Shown here: piece after piece, positions 13,131 to 26,058 of the stretch | Numbering within the stretch: position 1 is the first letter of the stretch | Layout: each line of letters starts with the position of its first letter | Translations under genes and position numbers: made by a program | Source: Antedon mediterranea | Taxonomy: Eukaryota; Animalia; Echinodermata | NCBI RefSeq assembly: GCF_964355755.1 | Contig: NC_092678.1 | Location: forward strand, 7,890,422-7,954,421 | Direction of reading: 5' to 3' | Length of the DNA stretch: 64,000 bases | Notes under the pieces: generated by a model | Databases searched by the model: none | The model's input: only the letters and a program-made list of their open reading frames with translations | What the model was told of the DNA's origin: nothing

Positions 13131-13205
13131 AAAATTAAAAGTGATGAAGCAAAAGAAGAGAATGCCTCGGGATCTATGGTAGTTATAGCGTTGTTATCTA
13201 AGTGC
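13131..13205 (-). CDS. LRR exon (75 nt, phase 2-2) HLDNNAITTIDPEAFSSFASSLLIL
   Basis: cag| ... |gtaag; LxxNxIxxIxxxAF consensus. Confidence 0.85.
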
Positions 13206-13740
13206 CTGTTAAAAAGATGAATAAATAGACAATTAATTATATAATTGTTTATAGAAAAATATGTTTTGTTTAAAGATGTAATTGTCCCCTATATCAGTCT
13301 TTGAATAGGCCATTTTGTAATTTTAATAAAGTTATTCACTTCTGTAGGAAAAAAAAGTGAAATAAAAAAAATAATGTTTTCATTTATAAAAAGACAAAGT
13401 TTTTTTTGCTTAATATATATATATATTTTTTTTTTGGTCAAAGTGAATTTAAATATTTATGTGACAATTAAAAGAATTTTTTATATAATTTGTTTGATTC
13501 AGTATTATGGTAAGATTACATTCTTTTTTTAGTGACAAAAAATATCTTGGAATCAAAATGATCACAATATAATTCATGTTGTTCATTGTAATTCCATTGA
13601 CTGACACTGGTGTTTACTCAATGTTTGTTAGGGCAGTCCATATGACATTCAATATTAATTTGGAATAATTTGACATTTAGAATGCTTCTACAACCACAAT
13701 CAATTTCTTTTGAAATTAGAATGTATTGAAAAATACTCAC

Positions 13741-13812
13741 AGTTCCGTCAAGGATTCAAAACCGGCAAATGCATAGGCCTCCAATGTACTTATTTGGTTA
13801 CCGTCCAACCAC
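13741..13812 (-). CDS. LRR exon (72 nt) WLDGNQISTLEAYAFAGFESLTEL
   Basis: aag| ... |gtgag; typical 24-aa LRR. Confidence 0.9.
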
Positions 13813-14240
13813 CTTAAATGATAAATAATGCACAGTATGGTCTTGCTAGTTTGGGCTTGAGCAGTTAATTAAGTTGTAAATTATCTATTAATTTAATATA
13901 AACACTGCATTTACCCCTTTTATTTTTATTTTCAGGTTAAAGTTTTTATAAGTTCCATTTCCATTTACAGCTTTGTTGGCAACCAAAACCACTACGCTAA
14001 GTAGTCTTAAGCTTTACTTGCCCACCCTGTAAATGTTAGCCTTTATGCTAGAGAATATTAACCTTTTATAGTAAAAAAGTGTTATTTCAGGCAAGTCGAC
14101 CAGTGGCTCCAGGTTCATCATCTCTCATTAAAATTCAATTACACTTTGTTACAAGATCACATTATAAAATGATAAACCGTCATGCATGTTTATTGTACAA
14201 TGTAGTGATTTGGGATCAATTGGTGGGATATTATACTCAC

Positions 14241-14312
14241 AGTTCTGTCAATGCTCTCAAACCATTAAATACATTTGCTGGCAATTTCCTTATTTGGTTA
14301 TTGTCCAACCCC
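14241..14312 (-). CDS. LRR exon (72 nt) GLDNNQIRKLPANVFNGLRALTEL
   Basis: tag| ... |gtgag. Confidence 0.9.
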
Positions 14313-14602
14313 CTACAATAAAGAATACACAGTGAAAAGAAATTAAAATATCCAAGAAATTGTGTCCGCTTTACTTTTCATAACATGACTTTATTCAGAT
14401 ATGGTCCATAATACAGTTCTAACTTCCTGTGGACACCACTTGTAAATGGACACCTCACAACTACAACACATTTTTATTCAATATAGTGCATTGGTACGTA
14501 CCATTTTAGGGAAGAGTGAAATTACCATTTTAGGGAAATTTAGATAAATAAATAGACAATCAAATAATTATTCGTTTATTGAAAAAAATATATTTTGTTT
14601 AA

Positions 14603-14700
14603 AGATGTAATGTCCCCTATTCAAATCAGACTTTGAATAGGCCATTTTGATATTTTAATAAAGTTATTCACTTCTGTAGGGAAATGCAGACAATGTATCT
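14603..14700. mobile_element. 98-bp TTAA MITE, same TIR family as 8811-9109
   Basis: TTAA at 14599-14602 and 14701-14704; agatgtaatgtc...gacaatgtatct. A left-end-only copy sits at about 13274. Confidence 0.65.
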
Positions 14701-15444
14701 TTAAGATTAGATTACGATTTAAAATGTTGAGAGTAACAAGCATTCCTGCTTAAAACTATGGTAGTTATTATAGGTAGTAGTAAAAGTAGTAGTAGTAGTA
14801 GTTATTAGAGGTAATGATGAAAGAAAAGTCTATCTGGAGCTGACTACACCATAGACCAAAAATAATTTATAGTAATTAAAATCATATAATTTGTTTGATT
14901 CAGTATTATGGTAAAATTTCTTTCTTTTCTATTGACAAAAAAATATCTTGGAATCAATAATCAATTATAATTAATGTTGTTCATTCTCATTCCATCGACT
15001 GACACTGGTGTTTACACAATGTTTGTTAGGGCAGTCTATATGACATTCAGTATTAACAGGAATAATTATAATAACCACAATTAAGTAAATTGCAAATTAT
15101 CTATTGAGTTCTACATCTTATATAATTTTTGGGTTTGCCACCATTCCCAGTCCGAGTTTCCAAATACCCATTTTTTTCAGCCCTAGCAAACTTTAACCTT
15201 CCGAATGGTAACTGTTTCTAATGCTTGCTTGTTTTGTGCTGCTCCTAAAGGAACGGCACAAAAAGAAGCCCATCTCAAAATTTAGCATATCTCGAAAAGA
15301 AGCCCACCTAAAAATCCTAAAACAAGAAACCGCAATTTCCTTCTTTTCAAGGTTTTATGGTAATCTGTTAATTCTACATGCATGATTTAATTTAGTGAAA
15401 TAATATAAATTTGTAAACGTAGCAAATAGTATGAAAAAACTCAC

Positions 15445-15523
15445 AGGTCTGTCAATGCTAACAAACCATTAAATACACTGGCTGTCAATGTACTGATTTG
15501 GTTACCATCCAACCTCCAACCTC
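15445..15523 (-). pseudogene. LRR exon with 7-bp internal duplication (79 nt) RLDGNQISTLTASVFNGLLALTDL
   Basis: tccaacc is tandemly duplicated at about 15508-15521, giving a TAA in the frame of the canonical acceptor. Confidence 0.8.
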
Positions 15524-16345
15524 CTACAAAGGAAAAAGAATGAACAGTATAATAAAATTACAATATTAAAAAAGGTTGATTTTTTCCTAATATGGTAATA
15601 CAGTATACAGTTGAAACTCCCAAACACATCCCATTAAGACACTAGTTTAAGACCTGAATGATTTTCCTATTTAGCAGCACATCCAAACACAAACACACCT
15701 CCCATAGGCTCAGACAATTTTTGACAATAAGGGGGTTTTCATGTATTTATAATCCTGTAACCGGTTACCTAAATACTTTTTGACAGTGAATATAATTTTG
15801 ATAGAAATACTGAAAATGATATTACTGGACCTCCTGAAATGCCTCCCTAAGTCAAGTATCATTTATTGTCATTTGTTTTAAGAAAAAAAACATAGAAAAT
15901 TCTGCTTGCTCTGTTGTCGGAGCACAATATCCAATGGACACTCAACACGAACTCAAAAACAAAAACATTATTGTTGGTAGTTTTAAATGTAATCAAATAG
16001 TAATTATTAAATGAATTTAAAACAATTCCTCTATAGGATCATTACATTAAAATTTGCATACTGTTAGAAAATTGCATCTAATACATTATTTTATTCTGGT
16101 ACAAGAATTCAATTTACATTTAACTATAATATAATAAGGAATTCATAATTACAAATTAAGAGACGTTTACTACATAACGTTAAAATAAAAATTTAATGAC
16201 AAAAAAGATCAACGTTTCGGAACCATTCTAAAGAACAAATGAGTAAAATTAACAACATCTATCTTTTTCTCATTAAATATTATTTTAAAATATATAATTT
16301 AAAAAGATAATTATAAAAGTATTATGAACTAGATAAAACACTTAC

Positions 16346-16417
16346 AGTGTTGTCAATGCTTTCAAACCATTAAATGCATTAGCTGACAATGTACTGATTT
16401 TGTGAGCATTCAAACGT
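16346..16417 (-). CDS. LRR exon (72 nt) RLNAHKISTLSANAFNGLKALTTL
   Basis: aag| ... |gtaag. Confidence 0.85.
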
Positions 16418-16722
16418 CTTCAAAATAAAATGATTCATAGTAATTAAAATCATATGTATCCAAGTTGTTTGATACTGTATGATTGTAAATTTTCATTAAA
16501 AAAATGTATTGACAAAAGAGATCTTTGAATCAAATTTTCATGTATATAAACAATAATATAATTCGTGTTGTTAGTTGTAAATTGATTGGCACCGGTGTTA
16601 CAGCAATGTTAGGGCAGTCTATGACATACAGTATCAACTGGAATAATTAGAATAGTTCTAAAACAAAAATAAATATAATTTCTTTTAAAAATAAGGAAGT
16701 TTATAAAAGTATAAATACTCAC

Positions 16723-16794
16723 AGTTCTGTCAATGATTCCAAACCGGCAAATGCATAGGCTTCCAATGTGTGTATTTGGTTACCGTCCAACCAC
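16723..16794 (-). CDS. LRR exon (72 nt) WLDGNQIHTLEAYAFAGLESLTEL
   Basis: aag| ... |gtgag; paralog of 13741-13812. Confidence 0.9.
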
Positions 16795-17225
16795 CTTAAA
16801 TGATAAATAATGCACAGTATGGTATTGCTAGTTTGGACTTGAGCAGTTAATTAAGTTAGTTGCAAATTATCTAATTATTTAATATAAACACTGCATTTAC
16901 CCCTTTTATTTTTGTTTCAGGTTAAAGTTTTTATAAGTTCCATTTCCATTTACAGCTTTGTTGGCAACCAAAACCACTGCGCTAATTAGTCTTAAGCTTT
17001 ACTTGCCCACCCTGTAAATGTTAGCCTTTATGCTAGAGAATATTAACCCTTTTATAGTAAAAATTGTGATTTCAGGCAAGTTGACCAGTGGCTCCAGGTT
17101 CATCATCTCTCATTAAAATTCAATTACACTTTGTTACAAGATCACATTATAAAATGATAAACCATCATGCATGTTTATTGTACAATGTAGTAATTTGGGA
17201 TAAATTTGTGAAATATTATACTCAC

Positions 17226-17297
17226 AGTTCTGTCAATGCTGTCAAACCATTAAATGCACTTGCTGGCAATTTCTTTATTTGGTTATTGTCCAACCTC
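17226..17297 (-). CDS. LRR exon (72 nt) RLDNNQIKKLPASAFNGLTALTEL
   Basis: tag| ... |gtgag; paralog of 14241-14312. Confidence 0.9.
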
Positions 17298-17820
17298 CTA
17301 CAATAAAGAATACACAGTCAAAAGAAATTAAAATATCCAAGAAATTGTGTACGATTTACTTTTCCTATGACTTGATTTAGATATGGTCCATAATACAGTT
17401 GAAACCTCCTGTGGACACCACTTGTAAATGGACGCCTCATAAAGGATACTCACGTAAAAGTCTGTGTGTCCTTTTTATTCATGCATTGGTACGTACCATT
17501 AGGGAAGACTGAAATTACTTCCCTGGTACCATCTTAAATCATCTCAAACATTTCCATAAGAGGACAGGAAAATTTTTAATTTGTATAGATAAATTTTAAA
17601 AACTTTTTTTTCTAAAAACAATTTTTAAATACTGAAATCTATGTTACTTTTCTTTAAAATAGCCTTTATGTCGGACAATTAGACGCTATACATTATTCGT
17701 CACAGTACCAGATTAAATTTACCTTTGACTTACTGTATAACATAATTTAAACATGAATTCATTTTTTATGAAGTAATTCAATCATAATTATAAAGTATAT
17801 AGCATGAAAAAAATACTCAC

Positions 17821-17892
17821 AGTAATGTCAATGCAGTTAAACCAAAAAATGCATTTGCTGGCAATGTACTTATCTTGAAATCTCTCAGCCAC
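17821..17892 (-). CDS. LRR exon (72 nt) WLRDFKISTLPANAFFGLTALTLL
   Basis: aag| ... |gtgag. Confidence 0.85.
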
Positions 17893-18267
17893 CTTCAATG
17901 TAAAACAATTTAGTATTAAGCAAGTAGCAGACCATGTATTAAGAAATATATTCCATGTTTTGCAATATGTATTACGTAATTATTTTTTCATATACCATCT
18001 TGTATTAGTGGCCATGTTCTTCTGTTGGTTTTGGTTTGGAACAAAAATTGTTATAAAAAGTTTATAAAATTAATTTTATTTGAAAATTTTTGAAAGTTTG
18101 TAGGAATTCATAAGTATTACATAATTATTATTATATCATATACCATCTTTTAAGTTTTTCTGTTGGTTTTAGTTTAGAACAAAAATTATTACAAAAAGTT
18201 TCTAAAATTTAGTTTTATTTGAAAATTCTAGAAAGTTTTTAGGAATTCATAGTAAAAAAATACTCAC

Positions 18268-18339
18268 AGTTCTGGCAGTGATGTCAACCCATTAAATGCA
18301 TAGGCTTCCAGTATATTTATTTCATTAGTATCTTGATAT
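18268..18339 (-). CDS. LRR exon (72 nt) YQDTNEINILEAYAFNGLTSLPEL
   Basis: aag| ... |gtgag. Confidence 0.85.
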
Positions 18340-20486
18340 CTTAAGAATAGCACGAAATAATTGCAGTGCAGTATTCAAGTTTTTGATGTAAACTATATTT
18401 TTCAACTATAATTTAAAACCATTAGTTACCATTAAAGATTAGATCTAAGAATTCTAATTCTCCGACTGGGCAATTATCACAAAATTGAATTCAATATCAT
18501 TGTGTTTTGTCTGCTTGTGAAATGTTACTTTTCTTTGTTTTCAATGGGATTACACTGCAGTGATGTCGACAACATTATACATCGAAATTCAGTTATTTTT
18601 GTAAACACACATATCTCCCCCCTCCCCACTTTTTTTTGGTGGACTGGGGGAAGGGGGATCCTGATGTCACAGCTGCAGTTCAGCCTGCAACTCAATACAT
18701 GAAACAGGTACTGAATGATGTTTCATTTTATGAAAACCGCATAAAATAATCACGATTATTGAAACAAAATTAGACATTGGTATAAGTAATGAATTAAAAA
18801 AGTAGAAATAAAAGAAGCGCCAAATTTGAATAAATATGTAAGTCATGTTTAGGTAAGTTTTAATTTATAAAGAATAGGTTTAAGCAATTAAGAAATATAT
18901 GTTTGTCAATTAACTTTAATTTGACATTTGATGAATGTTTTGTTCACATTCATATTCAATATCTAAGGTATAAAAATAGAAATTTTGTTCTCATAGCCCA
19001 CCGTTTAAACTAAATTATGTTATAATAACCGTAGGTTGTAAATTATATTTTATTTGTATTACCAAATGAATGGATCTTTTTAAAGGATACATTATTAAAT
19101 TAGGTTTATTGTAGGCATATTTGTATAGGCATGTTGCATGTCATGGCAAAATATCTTCTATTTTTTTAAATCAAACTGTAGCGATAGTAGGCCTAGTGTC
19201 ACTTAACCCTGAATGGAATGAAAATAATTAAATGGCAAAGATTATACATATGTGTTACCAAAATTGCATGGCATTTATGCATTGATTTTTGCATTACATA
19301 TATTGAACTAATGAATTATTAATCAAAAGAAAAAAAGAAAAGTAACTATAAAAAAATACCTGTATTCAGTGAATTGCCCGACGTGCAATATCCTTCAAAG
19401 AAAGAGAAATACAAAGTAATTGTTATTATAAAAAAATTTATTTATATTTTGATAATTCAAAACAAAATAACTACATAAACAAAATGTAGTAAATGTCACT
19501 TAAATGATATTTAAATTGTAAAATATTATTTTACAACTGAACATTTATTTTGATTTATTATATTATTTTACGAAAAATAAAAACAATTCATAGTGAATTC
19601 ATTAAAAAGAAGTTGTTTATTTTTGGGGTTGGGCGTGGGGAGTGGTTTAAACTTATAATCACATAATAATATAATTATATATTAATTATTTTGTTATAGT
19701 TGTCCAACAATGTAAAATACAATTTCTAATTTAACTTTTTTATTAAAACTAAATTGTAGTACAGTAAATACATTATACTTTATGTAATCCATATATTGTA
19801 TGCTTTAGTAGGTCAAAAATAATATGTTAAATAATAAAGATTTTGTAAATATATTTTAATAACTTATTTTCTTAAAACAAAATGTTTACACCAAATTCAA
19901 ATCATTAGCAACAATAATAAATGTATTATCTAATATGTAATACAGATTCACTTTCAATTGTTAGATTTTACAAAAATAAATAGTTCAATCATGGTGGATA
20001 AATTAAAAAAATGTTGATTTTAAAATTTGTTTTACTGTAAATAATCATGAAATCATAAGGTACATATTATTAGTCCATTATTACAATTGAACCTACAACA
20101 ATACATGCACTGTATTGTCTCAACATTTTAATGTCAAAATATATATTTTTATTTTAATAATTTTTATTATCATAAAACAAAATCACTACATAAACAAATA
20201 CTAATTATTTATTAACATTTGTTATAATGATATTTATATTGTGACAGTTACAATAACAATTTATTTTGAATTATTATAATATTATTCAAAAAAATAAAAT
20301 TCGTTCATGTTGGATGAGCAAAAAGCTATTGATTTTTAAGATATTTTTTACAAGATCACAAATTGTGAAATTATGTAATAATATTAATCCATTATCATTG
20401 TTTAACCAACAATGTAAAATAATTTGTAATTTAATTTCTAAATTTAAACCAAATTGATAAAAGTAAGCAAACATAAGCACACTTAC

Positions 20487-20558
20487 AGTGTTTCCAATGC
20501 TGTCAAACCAGCAAATGCATTGGCTGGTAATGTACTTATTTGGTTCCTGTACAAAGAC
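20487..20558 (-). CDS. LRR exon (72 nt) SLYRNQISTLPANAFAGLTALETL
   Basis: aag| ... |gtaag. Confidence 0.9.
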
Positions 20559-21846
20559 CTTAAAAGTAAAAAGAATGCACAGTATAAGTAAATCACAATA
20601 TCCAAGCTGTTTTTAAATTATTTTAGTTTTTCTGTCACCTCAAATGTTGAAATGTCTACATTCCTGTACATTATACAGTAGTTATACTGCATGTACTCTA
20701 TTGTATGTACTTTAGTTATGTACAAAATATACTATGTTAAAATAAAAATGTGGTAAATATATTTAAATGACTTATTTTCACAAAAGAAAATTTTACACCA
20801 AATTCAAATGGCTTGTTAGCAACCATACAATAAATGTATTATCTAATATGTAATACATATTTAGTATCTTACACAAATAAATAGTTCAATTATGGTGGAT
20901 ACATTTTAAAATTGTTGCTTTTTAAATTGGTTTTACTGTAAATAATCATTGAATCATAAAGTACATATTAGTCCATTATTACAATTGAACTTACAATACA
21001 TGCACTGTATTGTATCAACATTTTAATGTCAAAATATAAAATATATATTTAATAATTTTTATTCTCATAAAACAAAATCACTACATAAACAAATAGTAAT
21101 TATTATAATGATATTTATATAGTGATTGATTTTGAATTATTATGTATTACACAAAAATAAAATACATTCATGTTGAATGAACTAAAAACTAGTGATTTTT
21201 TATAAGATGATCACAATATATATTTATATTTCAATAATTTTTTTCTTATAAGACAAACTTACAACATAAACAAATATTAATTATTTAGTAACATTTGTTA
21301 TAACGGATATTTATATTGTGATATTTACAATAACAATTATTTTGAATTATATATTATAAAAAGTTCATTCATGTTGGATGAGCAAAAAACTAGTGATTTT
21401 TAAGATATGTTTTACAAGATCACAAATTGTGAAATTATATAATAATATTAATGCAAGCACTGTTTGTATCAATATTTTAATAATGTCAAAATATATAATA
21501 TGTATTTATATTTTGATGATTTTTTTCTCATAAGACAAAATTACAACATAAAGAAATACTAATTATTTAGTATAACAATCATTATAATGATATTTATATT
21601 GTGAAATTTTACAATTAATATTATTTTAAATTATTATGTATTACACAAAAATAAAGTTCATTCATGGTGGATGAACTAAAAACTAGTGATTTATAAAGAT
21701 ATTTTTTATAAGGTCACAAATTGTGAAATTATATAATAATATTATCCATTATCATTGTTTAACCAACAATTTAAAATAATTTGTAATTTAATTTCTAAAT
21801 TAAAACAAAATAGGTAAAAGTAAGGAAACATAAGCAATACACTTAC

Positions 21847-21910
21847 AGTATTTTCAATGCTGTCAAACCAACAAATGCATTGGCTGGTAATGTACTTATT
21901 TGGTTACCGT
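21847..21910 (-). pseudogene. dead LRR exon, acceptor deleted (..GNQISTLPANAFVGLTALKIL)
   Basis: Copy of the 20487-20558 unit lacking 11 nt (acaaagacctt) that contain the AG acceptor. Confidence 0.8.
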
Positions 21911-23078
21911 AAAAGTAAAAAGAATGCACAGTATAAGTAAATCACAATATCCAAGCTGTTTTTAAATTATTTTAGTTTTTCTGTCACCTCAAATGTTGAA
22001 ATGTCTACATTCCTGTACATTATACAGTAGTTATACTGCATGTACTCTATTGTATGTACTTTAGTGATGTCAAAATATACTATGTTAAAATAAAAATGTT
22101 GTAAATATATTTTAATAACTTATTTTATTAAAATAAAATATCTACAACAAATTCAAATTGTTTATAATATATATATAATAAATGTATTATCTAAAAAGTA
22201 ATACAGATTCAGTTTATTTAAATTGTTATATCTTACAAAAATAAATAGTTCAATCATGGTTGATAAATTAGAGGGAAAATGTAGCTTTTAAAATTCGTTT
22301 TACTGTATAATCACATTATGAAATTATTGAAGTACATAGTAGTCCATTATTACAATTGAAGTACATATTAGTATATTATTACAATTGAACCTACAATACA
22401 TGCATTGTATTATAAACATTTGAATGATGTCAAAATATAAAATTAATTAAAGTAAATATTCTTCTCAAAACGTATGAATGTATAGTTCTACGTGATATTG
22501 TTCACTATAGGTTTAATTATGTTACTCTGCACCTTATATCCTAATTTGGGTTTTATTTAGAGTGATCCCTTTGTTCTTATAACTATGGCATGTGATGCCA
22601 CTGCCTCTTTTTACCACTCAAACAAATAAAAACTTGGTTATACTGATCGGTGTAATAAATGTTTATTTATTGAAGTTCATGACAGTTGTTGAATTTGAAT
22701 TTAATTATCAAGAAAGAAAGAAAAAATTACTACATAAACAAATACTAGTTATTTAGTAACAATGATTATGATATTATTATGATATTTATATTATGAAATT
22801 ATCAATCAAATTATTATATCCTCCAAAAAAAAAGTTTACTCATGAACAAGAAAGTGAATTGTTTTTATATGTCATTTTCTTCCCAAATGAACCCCTGTAC
22901 CGAAACATTTCCTAACCAAGATGGATTAAATAATTAAATCTTCAACCCATACGCAGACTATGATAAACATGTTCATGACTTTGACCCTGATACCAATTTC
23001 TTCTCTTCCTCTATCCAGCCCAATTGTAAGTACTATCAACCTGACCAACTAACCAACTTAATTGGAGAGCTCAGTAAC

Positions 23079-25920
23079 GTGAAACACTTTTCTTCCTTGC
23101 ATATTAATTCTAGAAGTTTACTTCATAACATTGATTCTTTCAAATTATTTTTAACCAATGTAAAATATGATTTCGATATAATTGCAGTCTCGGAAACCTG
23201 GTTGAAAGATGATAATCCATTAACCAATATCTCCAGTTATTCTTTCATTTCAAAAAACAGACTAGGGCGGGCTGGTGGAGGTGTAGGGCTGTATGTTCGA
23301 AATAACAATGTGTTCAAAGAGAGAACTGATCTTTTCTTAGACCCCTCCCTATGCGACTCCCTTTTTATTGAACTTGAACTTGAATCCAATCAAAACATTA
23401 TTGTTGGTGTAATCTATAGGGCACCATCTCTTGATACGAATGCTTTTATTGACGCTTTTGATCTCCTGTTAAATAATCTAGCAAAAACCAACAGAAAAAT
23501 TTACTTATTAGGTGATTTTAACATTGACCTACTTAAACATCAGTCCGATAATCAATCCAACAATTTTGTTAACTCTGTCTTTAGTAATTTCCTTTTACCC
23601 TTAATCAATAGACCAACTCGTATTACCCGAACGTCAGCAACATTAATTGACAACATATTATCTAATCAAATTGAATCATCAAGTCTATCTGGACTTTTCT
23701 ATAGTGACATTAGTGATCATTTGCCCATTTTTAACATTACACCCTTATCAAATATACCAAACCGTCCCAAAAACTATGTAAGCCCTAATCATACCTACAG
23801 AAAATTTAACGAAACAAATATTTCAAACATAAACAACGATTTGTCTAACATGAATTGGACTGGTGTTTATGGTACGGATGATCCTAATATTGCTTTACTT
23901 TCATTTGAAACTGAATTCAAACGACTGTATGATAAACATTTTCCAATTCAAGAGCAGTCTGCAGGGAAAAAAAAAATAAAGACCTGGATGACGGATGAAC
24001 TCTTAAATTCAATAAAGCATAAACAAAAACTGTATTCCAAATCCCTCCGCTATCCGAATGACAAAAACATAAATGAATATAAGCAATTCCGTAACTCCCT
24101 TAACTCTTTAATAAAATTAACAAAACGCGATTATTATGAAAAAAAGTTTAAGCAGCAGAAAGATAATATCAAAGGAACATGGACAATTATAAATAGTCTC
24201 ATAAAAACGAATGAAAGTAAGCATTTCGAAGAGTCCACTATAAATTGCGAAGGAAACTTAACGGATGATCCCAACATAATTTCAAATCATTTAAATAATT
24301 TTTTTGTTAATATTGGACCTACTCTCGCCAAAAATATAGACACATCTAATGCAAATTTTAAGGATTACCTCCCTCCGCCATTCATAAATTCTTTATTTCT
24401 CAATCTTGTGACTGCTTTTGAGATATTGTTATGCGCCTCAAAAATAGTAAAGCACCTGGCATTGATGATATTAACCCGTCTATTATTAAACAACTTATCC
24501 CTTTTCTTTCCAAACCCCTCTGCTACATTTTCAATCTTTGTTTTGTAAATGGCACCTTTCCTGACACCCTTAAACTAGCTAAAGTAACTCCTATTTTTAA
24601 AACTGGTGACAAATCTGATTCCAGTAATTACCGTCCTATATCAGTGCTACCGATCTTTTCCAAAATACTTGAACGCCTTATTTATGATCGAACATACAAT
24701 TATCTTAAAAAAAATAGTATACTTTACAATAAACAATTTGGCTGTCGTAAGAACTATAATACATCCACCGCACTTCTTCAATTAACAAATGAAATTGTTG
24801 GGGCTTTCGAGAGGGGTGAATTTGCCATTGGTATTTTCATTGACCTCTCGAAGGCCTTTGATACAATTGATCACGATATTTTATTATATAAGTTACATAC
24901 TTATGGAATCCGTGGCCCTGTATATAATTTATTCAAAAGCTACCTTTCAAACCGCAAGCAATGCACCAAATTTAAACACACCCTTTCTGATTTTCTTCCT
25001 ATTATTTGTGGAGTCCCTCAAGGTTCCTTGCTTGGGCCTCTATTATTTTTATTATACATAAATGATATCCATAATGCCTCAAATATGTTTTCTTTTCTGT
25101 TGTATGCTGATGACACAACCCTTATTTACACTGATAAAAATATAGATTCCCTTTTTAAAATATCAACCGAAAATCTACCCAAAATTTTAACATACTTTTC
25201 TGCAAACAAACTTTCTGTTAATCTAAAGAAGTGCTGTTGTATGGTGTTCAAAAATTCACAAATACCACTAAATACTAGTACTTTTAAACTAAAAATTAAA
25301 GATCAATTAATACCTATTGTTGAGAAAACTAAATTTCTTGGTGTTTATCTGGACTGTAAGCTAAATTGGAAACATCAGATTAATCAAGTCGAAAACAAAA
25401 TATCCAAAAGTTCTGGTATCATATATAGATTATCATCTTTCATCCCTCAAAACATACTCCGGATTCTTTACTGTTCACTAATCCTCCCTTACCTCACTTA
25501 CTGTAATATTATTTGGGGTAATACATACCCGTCCTACTTAAACAAACTGTTATTGATCCAAAAGAAAACCGTAAGATACATAGCAAATGCTCCTCCTTTA
25601 TCCCATTCCAATCCTTTATTTTCTTCATTTGGTCTTCTTAAAATTCAGGATATTAACCATCTTCAACAAAGTGTTTTCCTCTATTCATGGCTAAACTCGA
25701 TCCTGCCATCACACTTTGATGATTTATTTAGTTTCAATCTTAATTTTCATAACCACAGTACTCGGAGCGCAAATCAAATACGTATTCCTTTTTTAAAAAC
25801 TACTTCATTAAGTTCACTGGTCCTAAACTTTGGATAACGTACCAGTTAATATAAAAAGTGCTTTGTCTAAGAAGAGTTTTTCTTTTAAATTGAAACGGCA
25901 CCTCTTATCTAGTTATGTTT
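23079..25920 (+). pseudogene. LINE ORF2 (AP endonuclease + RT), frameshifted near 24430 and 25810
   Basis: VSETWL, GGGVGLYV, GDFNIDLL, SDHLPIF; YRPISVLP, DLSKAFD, GVPQGSLLGP, YADD. Confidence 0.92.
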
Positions 25921-26058
25921 AATTATCCTTTCACTCATTGTAGTTTTGATATTTAGTCTTTTCGGTACCCTGAATCTAAAAGTCTTCATTACTGTTTTTG
26001 TCCTGTTTCCGGTTCCCGTGTTGTCCTGTTTTTTTTCCATTTTCTATGGGCTGCCTTA

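Noticed and set aside
14079-17306. Plus-strand ORF pair 14079-14321 and 17088-17306
   Set aside because: Antisense shadows of duplicated LRR exon+intron blocks.
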